This document shows, piece after piece, positions 9,342-16,461 of a stretch of DNA of 24,000 bases. The notes under the pieces are model-generated. The model had not been told where the DNA came from and made no database searches. It saw only the letters and a list, made by a program, of their open reading frames with translations. Position 1 is the stretch's first letter; each line of letters opens with the position of its first letter. The translations under genes were made by a program, and so were the position numbers. The stretch is from NCBI GenBank assembly GCA_964472955.1, contig CAYYMO010000164.1, positions 11,382-35,381 on the forward strand, read 5' to 3'. This stretch comes from an uncultured Methanomicrobia archaeon (GTDB taxonomy: Archaea; Halobacteriota; Bog-38; Methanoflorentales; Methanoflorentaceae).

Positions 9342-9354
9342 CAAGCAACCGTCT

Positions 9355-9924
9355 TTAGCTACCTGCCTTTTCCAAGTACTTCCTTAACGCACTCATCGCC
9401 TTTCGTTCTTCAAGCCCTCCACATTTTTTCACGAGATTTTCGTAATAATCGATGGTCTTTAGGCATTGGGTATCCCCAAAAACCATGTACCTTGTTCCGT
9501 AGACGGTAGCCTCAATAACCGCGTTAAATCCTCTACTCACAGGCCTGACAGATCTTCCTAAAATTTTCCATCTTTGCGCGGTCAGGTGTATCAAAGCTGT
9601 CTTTTGGTGTTTTTCTTCCACTACTGCACATTTGAACTCTAACCACGCATATGCTTCCTTCAGTATCGGCGCACCTTCATCTTCGTAAAAGTACTCCTCC
9701 TCAAGGTCTTCAAATGCGGCTTTTACGTACAACAGGGGGTTTGATATGAGGTTTGCCACTAACATTCCATTGTTTTTAACGTTTAAGAATGTATGAGTAT
9801 TTTTGTACATTTTAATAAACAAGCCGCCTCTGTTGATAACTCCCATCGGAGCGGCATTGAACCTCTCATTCTTCGTTGTAGCTATGATTTCTGAAATCCC
9901 GAGAGGAAATTCGATTCCTTCCAT
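9355..9924 (-). CDS. DUF447-family protein (flavin-reductase-like split-barrel fold; H4MPT-pathway associated, function unknown)
   Basis: 189 aa. The N-terminus ...ISEIIATTKNERFNAAPMGV... is typical of DUF447. Its ATG directly abuts the TAG stop of the upstream CitG-like gene. Confidence 0.6.
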   Translation of the reverse strand: MEGIEFPLGISEIIATTKNERFNAAPMGVINRGGLFIKMYKNTHTFLNVKNNGMLVANLISNPLLYVKAAFEDLEEEYFYEDEGAPILKEAYAWLEFKCAVVEEKHQKTALIHLTAQRWKILGRSVRPVSRGFNAVIEATVYGTRYMVFGDTQCLKTIDYYENLVKKCGGLEERKAMSALRKYLEKAGS

Positions 9925-10776
9925 CTAAAATCTTAGCCCTCCTAAAAGGGTTACAAACAATGATGCGATTATAAGGTCGGCAGTCGTACCCGGATTTATT
10001 TCTTTTCCCAAAAGATACTCATCAAACTCCGCCACCCTACCTGATATTAGCGCTCGTTTTGACATTGCCGAGACTTCTTCTGCGAGTCCTCCCCCAAATT
10101 TTTTTTCAATGAGCGTATCTGGTATATCTCCGAGCAGTGAAAGAAACGTATAAACTATTGAATCGTTGAGACTATGTCCAGATTTAAATCTCTTCTGCAG
10201 GATCTCTGCGCCTCTAAATGTTCGTGGGAATCCCTCAGTCCATTCGCGTGCAAGTGTGTCATTTGGAGTTGAGATCTCCATAATGTTGTATAATGTCAGA
10301 TTTTCTTTTTCTATCACATCCAGTGATGCTGGATCCCGCACATCAAGGGTCTCTGTTTCTCCGACTCTCACGTTAACTCTACTAAATGCCTTGTAAAACT
10401 GCAACGCATCGAATACTGTTGTCTTCTTTACTACCTCTCCAACGTTCTTTCGCAATGCCTCGACGTCAGAACTGAGGGCCGCCGCCATGCACAGAGGGAC
10501 GAGCATCAGTATCGCTCCAAAGTGGGCGTTCCCTCCCATCTGCCAAGCATCGCTCGCTTCGACCGCTTCAAGTATTAATCCGCCTATTGGGTACCCCCGT
10601 AACGACGCTGCTTTCTTGAACACAGCATATGTGCCGACTGCTGACCCTAAAAAGTGTTCATAACGTAAATTTTCAAAATCATGTTCTCTGTCGACATTTC
10701 CTGGTTTTGGATTTGCTGATACCTCTAAAAGCATTGCTAATTGGGCGCATCTTGCTATAAAATCACTGTCGTACAT
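9925..10776 (-). CDS. Triphosphoribosyl-dephospho-CoA synthase (CitG/MdcB)-like protein, methanopterin-associated paralogue
   Basis: 283 aa. The N-terminal ...EVSANPKPGNVDR... matches the CitG-family KPG-x-VD motif. The protein is helical and Ala/Leu-rich and ends in ...NPGTTADLIIASLF. Confidence 0.7.
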   Translation of the reverse strand: MYDSDFIARCAQLAMLLEVSANPKPGNVDREHDFENLRYEHFLGSAVGTYAVFKKAASLRGYPIGGLILEAVEASDAWQMGGNAHFGAILMLVPLCMAAALSSDVEALRKNVGEVVKKTTVFDALQFYKAFSRVNVRVGETETLDVRDPASLDVIEKENLTLYNIMEISTPNDTLAREWTEGFPRTFRGAEILQKRFKSGHSLNDSIVYTFLSLLGDIPDTLIEKKFGGGLAEEVSAMSKRALISGRVAEFDEYLLGKEINPGTTADLIIASLFVTLLGGLRF

Positions 10777-10791
10777 TAGTCTCTCGGCGTT

Positions 10792-11898
10792 CTACAAATT
10801 CCCTCTGCTATTCATTATCTTCTCTGCAAGCTGCTTCTTAATCTTCATGTATCCAACATCTGAAAGGTTAATTTCTTGAAGAGTGCTGTCTCTCCACGGG
10901 CAAGGCCGACTAATTTTACAGCACCAGACCATGCTGCCAAAGCAGGTGTTATCCCCCTCTCCGAGCTTGGTATCCATGAAGCTCTCTTTTATTTCGACGT
11001 ACCTTTCTCTTGAGATCCCAGCTCGTTTAAGGACGTAATGTAGCGGACATTCTTTAACTGGCTGGCAGCAAAATGTGAGCCCTCTTAGGTCGCCACCAGC
11101 GCAGATGTGTTTAGGTGCATTATACCAGCCCGTTAGATCTTGGAGCTGTTCAATGCCAACTAATATACTCTCAACAGCACTAGGCCCTTGTAGCGCGACG
11201 CGGGCAACGGATACAAAATCTGCACCCATCGAGAACATTTTGTGAGCGCTGTTGTAATCCACAACCGAGTTGTTCGCTATAATTTTTATGCTCGTTGAAT
11301 CTCTGACCTTTTTAATAATTTTCGATTCGAAATCCATAGTATCTATGTGTATTACGTCAGCTCCGGCACGGTCTATAGCCTTCGCAAGCTCAACGTCATT
11401 CACAATGCCCGCTCTGACTTTCACTGAAAGAGCGACATCTGTTTCCTTTATCTCTCGTATCCACTCAGTTAGTTTGGCAAGGTCAAGCATCATCGCCTCG
11501 CCCGCACCGATCTCCTTCATCTCAGATTGTCTGCAGTGTGCATTGAGTTCAAGCACTGCGCCTTTCTCTCTAACGAGTTCAGCTATTCTCAGCACTGGTT
11601 CGAGGGAAGCTGATCTGACATTTATCCCTGCTTTTTCCCCCGACGACTTCATAACTCCTAGTTCATTTTTAATGATGGCGTCAGGATCGTCATACGCAAA
11701 TTCGTTTCTGCCCCTCTCGATAAGACTCTTTGCAGCTTCGATGGTCGCATCGTCTATGTTATATCCACCGAGCATCGCTAGTCCAACGTTACAGTGAATG
11801 GCAAATGAGCTACTTGTAATCCCTGCTATCGATGCCAGAATGATGGGGTTTGGAATTTTTACGTTGCCAATGTTAAGGTCAAACTTTATACGTCCCAA
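10792..11898 (-). CDS. NifR3/Dus/DHOD-like TIM-barrel domain fused to C-terminal 8-Cys 'methanogenesis marker 9'-type domain
   Basis: 368 aa with a TTG start and GAGGT 9 nt upstream. The N-terminal barrel begins ...VKIPNPIILASIAG.... The C-terminus carries C266, C277, C278, C284, C319, C326, C327 and C333, with two copies of an aromatic-CC-x5-CP motif (FCCQPVKECP, WCCKISRPCP). Confidence 0.65.
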   Translation of the reverse strand: MGRIKFDLNIGNVKIPNPIILASIAGITSSSFAIHCNVGLAMLGGYNIDDATIEAAKSLIERGRNEFAYDDPDAIIKNELGVMKSSGEKAGINVRSASLEPVLRIAELVREKGAVLELNAHCRQSEMKEIGAGEAMMLDLAKLTEWIREIKETDVALSVKVRAGIVNDVELAKAIDRAGADVIHIDTMDFESKIIKKVRDSTSIKIIANNSVVDYNSAHKMFSMGADFVSVARVALQGPSAVESILVGIEQLQDLTGWYNAPKHICAGGDLRGLTFCCQPVKECPLHYVLKRAGISRERYVEIKESFMDTKLGEGDNTCFGSMVWCCKISRPCPWRDSTLQEINLSDVGYMKIKKQLAEKIMNSRGNL

Positions 11899-12074
11899 CT
11901 ATAAAACCTCACAAAAGTACGCGCTATTTTGCAGCATTATAAAAATACGTTGAAGGTCTTGAACCTCCGCCAATAATATATCATGCCTAATTCTATTTAA
12001 TTTTGCTTTACGTTATTGTGTAAATTGAAGAAGCTAGAACAAATACCATTTTTGGCTTCCCTGCAAGAGTAAAT

Positions 12075-12977
12075 TCAGATAAGTCTCAGAATATCCCTTG
12101 CAAGCAATTTGCTGTCTTCCGAGCCCCTCATCACCGTGTTTGTTCTAATTACTTTAATCTCTCGTCTGAACTCATTAAGGCCGACTTCGAGGTCATTTTT
12201 GTCAATTACTAAGACATCTAGAAACTCCTCATAAAACTTTGCTACTCCTGCAGAAGACGTGTCAAGCCCACAAGCTTCCATGAATTGCTTTGCAGGACCG
12301 CTAATTGGCTTAGAACCTATAATCGGACTTACCGCTATAACGAACTTGCGCTTGAGGAGACTTTTTGCTCCTTCGACGTTGATGATCGGGCCTATGCTCG
12401 ATATTGGATTAGAAGGTCCTATAATAATTGAATCTTCCAATTTCATGGCCTTTTTAACGTTGTTGTTCATTGTCCCTCTGTCGTACTTCACGTTAAAAAC
12501 CTTAGGAGAGCTTGCGTGCTTTATAAGATAACTCTGAATGTGCATTTCACCGACATCAGTAACGATCGTAGTCGGTACGGGGTCGTCAGTCATCGGCAAA
12601 ACTTCCGCCCGGATTTTATATGACTTACAAAGTTCTTGTGTAGCCTCAGTGAGCTTCATACCTTGGGACATAAGATATGTTCTGTAAATGTGCGTTGCTC
12701 TGTCGAAATCACCTATCGCCAGGGGTTCATAATATCCCAGTTGGATCAGCTTTTTATATGTTAGGAAGGTATCCCCTCTTACACCCCACCATTTGTCGTC
12801 TATAATTTTTGCAAATGTATACATCACGGTGTCTATGTCAGGGCATACGAGATTTCCTGATACCCACAGATCATCTCCGGTATTGACAATTACTTTGATA
12901 TCTTCTTCAGCAACTTCTTCCAACATACCGGAGATCAACTTAGGCGTCCCCGTCCCGCCAGACAAAAACAGCACCAT
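12075..12977 (-). CDS. cofD: 2-phospho-L-lactate transferase (F420 biosynthesis)
   Basis: The protein begins MVLFLSGGTGTPKL... and includes NTGDDLWVSGNL, PMTDDPV, IIGPSNPISSIGPI and VSPIIG. It is collinear with characterised archaeal CofD. I trimmed the start from the track ORF (13154) to the ATG at 12977, because the 59-aa extension overlaps the divergent HD gene and has no CofD counterpart. Confidence 0.9.
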   Translation of the reverse strand: MVLFLSGGTGTPKLISGMLEEVAEEDIKVIVNTGDDLWVSGNLVCPDIDTVMYTFAKIIDDKWWGVRGDTFLTYKKLIQLGYYEPLAIGDFDRATHIYRTYLMSQGMKLTEATQELCKSYKIRAEVLPMTDDPVPTTIVTDVGEMHIQSYLIKHASSPKVFNVKYDRGTMNNNVKKAMKLEDSIIIGPSNPISSIGPIINVEGAKSLLKRKFVIAVSPIIGSKPISGPAKQFMEACGLDTSSAGVAKFYEEFLDVLVIDKNDLEVGLNEFRREIKVIRTNTVMRGSEDSKLLARDILRLI

Positions 12978-13035
12978 TACACCAATAAACGATAAAGCGT
13001 TATAGAATAAATCAATATCTGGTACTCGATAGTTG
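12978..13035. promoter_or_regulatory. Compact bidirectional promoter region (cofD <-> HD-lpdD-ubiX-ubiD operon)
   Basis: A 58-bp divergent spacer contains an AT-rich box, gttatagaataaatcaatat. The box lies about 25-35 bp from each start codon, consistent with short or absent leaders. Confidence 0.35.
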
Positions 13036-14184
13036 ATGAACGTAGTAAAAGATACGGTCCATGGTTTCATCAGGCTTGACGACCTCGCAATTTCTCTTAT
13101 GGACACGCACGAGATGCAGCGGCTCAGAAGGGTAAAACAATTAGGTTTTGCCAATCTTGTGTATCCTGGAGCGAATCATACGCGTTTTGAACACTCCCTT
13201 GGTGTGTTACACTTGGCAGAGCTCCTTCTCAACAAGCTGAATGTGGATGTTTTGAGGGACATCAAGGATGAAATTAGGGCGGCTGCATTAATACATGATG
13301 TCGGTCATATGCCCCTCTCCCACTCGATTGAATCTGTCCTTCTTGAAAAATACGGCAAAGGCCATGAATATTTTTCGATCGATGGTGGTTTACTTGACGT
13401 AATAAGCGAGTTCGGCCTCGACAAGATGCTTGTCGAACGGTTAATACGCGGAGAGACACCGTTTAGCCAAATCATCTCAAGCGATGTCGATGTAGATAGG
13501 ATGGACTATATAGTCAGGGACGAGTATTATACGGGCGTAGCCTATGGCACAGTTGATTATATGAGGCTCATTGAAGAAATGGACTTTATAAACGGTCAGC
13601 TCGTAATTAGTGAGGGTGGAATTCAAGCAGTAGAGTCGCTTCTTGTTTCGAGATTCTTAATGTTTCCAACCGTTTATTTTCATCATGTAAGTAGGATCGC
13701 TGAGGCAATGGTACGAAGGGCTATAATACCGATGGCACGTAGAGGAGTGGAACTATGGAACTTTGATGATAATGAGCTCCTGTCAGTAATGGTGCACGAG
13801 GGCGGTTATACACAAGAGATAGCATCAAGCCTTCTCGATCGACGCCTCTTTAAACGAGCACTGTATGTAAGCACTAAAAATTTAAGCGTTGAAAGAATGG
13901 CGGAACTTAGCTCTGCACAGGAAGAATTGGAGCATGAAATCGCGTGTAAAGCGGGATTAGACGAATGGCACGTCCTACTTGATATTCCAAATAGGCCAGA
14001 GATGGTTGAAAGAAAGGCAAAAGTATTAACAAACGGAAGTATAAAAAGCCTTGAAGAAGTTTCACGGCTTGTCGGAATACTTTATGATGCTCAATTTGAT
14101 CAATTAAAACTTGGCGTTTATACGTTGGGGCAGCACAGGGAAAAAGTAGGTAAAGTGGCGAAAGAGGTGCTTGATGTCAAATAG
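13036..14184 (+). CDS. HD-domain phosphohydrolase (COG1078 / SAMHD1-like superfamily)
   Basis: About 382 aa. The HD motif series is RFEHSLGV, IHDVGHMPLSH and DVDRMDYIVRD. ATG at 13036 is preferred over TTG at 13033. Confidence 0.8.
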   Translation: MNVVKDTVHGFIRLDDLAISLMDTHEMQRLRRVKQLGFANLVYPGANHTRFEHSLGVLHLAELLLNKLNVDVLRDIKDEIRAAALIHDVGHMPLSHSIESVLLEKYGKGHEYFSIDGGLLDVISEFGLDKMLVERLIRGETPFSQIISSDVDVDRMDYIVRDEYYTGVAYGTVDYMRLIEEMDFINGQLVISEGGIQAVESLLVSRFLMFPTVYFHHVSRIAEAMVRRAIIPMARRGVELWNFDDNELLSVMVHEGGYTQEIASSLLDRRLFKRALYVSTKNLSVERMAELSSAQEELEHEIACKAGLDEWHVLLDIPNRPEMVERKAKVLTNGSIKSLEEVSRLVGILYDAQFDQLKLGVYTLGQHREKVGKVAKEVLDVK

Positions 14185-14527
14185 CCAAATATCTTTGAAG
14201 AAAAATACGAGCGTTGTCGAATTGATGGCCATCGCACGCCAAATTGGCAAAGACTATCTCGTAACGCTCACGGGTGGTGAAAACCATATTGGAGCTGTAG
14301 CCGCAGGAGGGTTTCAAATTCGATCATTTTCTTCTGTTTTAACGATGCCGAATCACCGTGACGACATAATAGCTAAGGAAGCAGCCAATAGAATCTCACG
14401 AGAATTAAAATGCAATTGCGCGGTTGTAGTCGGAGTTCACGTTGAAAATGTCACAACGGCTGAGATAAATGAAATCGTCAGTGCTTCATTCACGCTTGTT
14501 AATGAACTAATAAAGGAGCTAAGATGA
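14174..14527 (+). CDS. LpdD-like small protein (putative prenylated-flavin chaperone/accessory subunit of UbiD enzymes)
   Basis: 117 aa. ...DYLVTLTGGENHIGAVAAGG... and ...CAVVVGVHVENVTTAEI... resemble the GG-x-x-(P)HIG and G-(I/V)-HV motifs I recall from Lactobacillus LpdD. The start overlaps the HD gene by 11 nt, and the stop overlaps the ubiX ATG (ATGA). Confidence 0.55.
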   Translation: MSNSQISLKKNTSVVELMAIARQIGKDYLVTLTGGENHIGAVAAGGFQIRSFSSVLTMPNHRDDIIAKEAANRISRELKCNCAVVVGVHVENVTTAEINEIVSASFTLVNELIKELR

Positions 14528-15078
14528 AAATCACGGTTGCAATAACAGGAGCAAGCGGGGTTCAATACGGTATTAGATTGCTCCAAGTACTTAAAAAGCT
14601 TAACGTTGAAGTCCACCTCGTCATAACAACCGCAGGAAAGGAGCTGATTGATATCGAAACCAATTATTCTTCTAGTGTAGTAGCTTCTCTAGGAACAAGA
14701 AATTATGATGAGATGGATTTTACCGCACCAATCGCGAGCGGCTCTTATGTTACTAATGGTATGGCCATCGTTCCATGCAGCATGAAAACGCTTGGCAGTA
14801 TTGCAAATGGAATTTCGAGCAGCCTCGTAACTCGTGCTGCCGAAGTCTGTTTAAAAGAGGGTAGGACGCTCATTCTCGTCCCAAGGGAGACGCCTCTAAC
14901 TCCTATTCATCTCCGCAATATGGTGAGAGTCTCTGAATCTGGCGCCACAGTATTGCCTGCCTGTCCTCCGTTCTATACTCGTCCCACTGCGATTGAAGCA
15001 CTTATCGACACGATTGTTGCACGGATACTTGATAGGTTCGAAATTAAACACTCCATTTCAAACAGATGGGGTGATTGA
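14524..15078 (+). CDS. ubiX: Flavin prenyltransferase UbiX (prFMN synthase)
   Basis: 184 aa. Motifs are MKITVAITGASG, VPCSMKTLGSIA and LVPRETPL. AAGGAG lies 5 nt upstream. Confidence 0.92.
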   Translation: MKITVAITGASGVQYGIRLLQVLKKLNVEVHLVITTAGKELIDIETNYSSSVVASLGTRNYDEMDFTAPIASGSYVTNGMAIVPCSMKTLGSIANGISSSLVTRAAEVCLKEGRTLILVPRETPLTPIHLRNMVRVSESGATVLPACPPFYTRPTAIEALIDTIVARILDRFEIKHSISNRWGD

Positions 15079-16323
15079 GTGAGAGAATTTATTGAACGAC
15101 TCAGAGAAGAAGCGATTTTAGAAATAATAAAAGAACCTGTCAGCCCAATTTTTGAAGCCGCTCGAATTGCGCATGGCAAAGGCCCAGTCCTTTTTGAAGA
15201 CGTAAATGGCTCCAAGGCTGTTGTTAATCTTCTCAGCTCGAGACAAATTCTCGCTAAGGCGCTTGGTATAGGTCAAGCAGATATGATTCAAAAGCTTATT
15301 AGCGTGGAACCTAACGGAAAGACAGAAACAATGGAGTATAGTTGGGATGTGGATACCACTCCTGATTTAAGTAAATTACCAATTATGAAGTTCTTTGAGC
15401 GAGATGGTGGGAGCTATATTACCGCTGGTATCGTAGTAGCAAAATATGGTGACACGATGAATGCAGCAATCCACAGGATGATGGTACTCGACAAAACCTC
15501 ACTGGCAGTAAGGCTCGTTCCACCTCGTCATACTTACTTAATGTATAAATCAAAAGTAAATAGAATGGAATCACTTGATGTCGCCATTGCAATAGGGGTC
15601 CATCCTGTTACCCTGTTTGCTTCAACTACAAGAGTTCCTTGCGGACGGGAGTTCAACTACGCCGCTGCACTAAAGGGGGCGACCCAGCAATTAATACCGT
15701 GTGAAAACGGTGTGTTAGTCCCGCCTGCAGAGTTAGTGCTGGAAGGACAGATCAGTCCAACTAGGATGGCAGAAGAAGGACCGTTCGTTGACATCACTGG
15801 GACGTACGACCTCGTAAGGAGTGAACCAGTGCTTGAGCTTACGAGGCTAGTTTCGGTGAGAGATCCGATATACCACAGCATAATTCCGGCAAGCTCAGAG
15901 CACTGTCTTCTTATGGGCATTCCCTATGAACCACGAATTTATAAAGCGTGTCAAGAAGTTGCAAAAGTGAAAAATGTTATACTCACAGCGGGGGGCTGCC
16001 ATTACCTCCACGCTGTGATAAAGATAGAGAAGCAAACAGAAGGGGATGCTAAAAACGTCATTATGGCCGCATTTGCGGCGCATACAAGCTTAAAACACGT
16101 TGTTGTTGTAGACGATGACATCGACATTTACAATCCTGCAGATGTGGAGTTCGCCATAGCTACAAGGGTTAAGGGTGACAGAGATATTATGATAATACCA
16201 AATGTTAGAGGGTCTTCACTCGATCCGCGAGTTGAAGCTGATGGGACTACCACGAAGGTCGGCATCGACGCGACTGCCGTTTTACGCGAACATTGGAAGT
16301 TTCAGAGGGCGCAATTCTCCTGA
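15079..16323 (+). CDS. UbiD-family prFMN-dependent decarboxylase (short archaeal form; possibly trans-anhydromevalonate-5-phosphate decarboxylase)
   Basis: 414 aa. The GTG start follows the ubiX TGA immediately. The UbiD motif is EEGPFVDITGTYD, together with ...GGSYITAGIVV... and ...VVVVDDDIDI.... The substrate cannot be read from the sequence. Confidence 0.85.
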   Translation: MREFIERLREEAILEIIKEPVSPIFEAARIAHGKGPVLFEDVNGSKAVVNLLSSRQILAKALGIGQADMIQKLISVEPNGKTETMEYSWDVDTTPDLSKLPIMKFFERDGGSYITAGIVVAKYGDTMNAAIHRMMVLDKTSLAVRLVPPRHTYLMYKSKVNRMESLDVAIAIGVHPVTLFASTTRVPCGREFNYAAALKGATQQLIPCENGVLVPPAELVLEGQISPTRMAEEGPFVDITGTYDLVRSEPVLELTRLVSVRDPIYHSIIPASSEHCLLMGIPYEPRIYKACQEVAKVKNVILTAGGCHYLHAVIKIEKQTEGDAKNVIMAAFAAHTSLKHVVVVDDDIDIYNPADVEFAIATRVKGDRDIMIIPNVRGSSLDPRVEADGTTTKVGIDATAVLREHWKFQRAQFS

Positions 16324-16461
16324 ATGTTCAAACTGTAGAGTCTGCACACTCGTTAAACTCTATGGGCTGATAGGTCTGTCTTCTTTGGGTGAATTGTTAT
16401 GTGCGTTTAGAACGTAATATGTGAAGATCAACTTTTTAATCCTATAAACAGAGTATATATC

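Noticed and set aside
11270-11797. 175-aa plus-strand ORF
   Set aside because: It is an antisense shadow inside the TIM-barrel/marker-9 gene. It is extremely Ser-rich with no motif.
12259-13005. 90-aa and 70-aa plus-strand ORFs
   Set aside because: They are antisense shadows within cofD.
15657-16417. 87-aa and 62-aa minus-strand ORFs and a 71-aa plus-strand ORF overlapping ubiD
   Set aside because: They overlap the well-supported UbiD frame. The 71-aa ORF merely reads through the ubiD 3' end in another frame. None has a motif.
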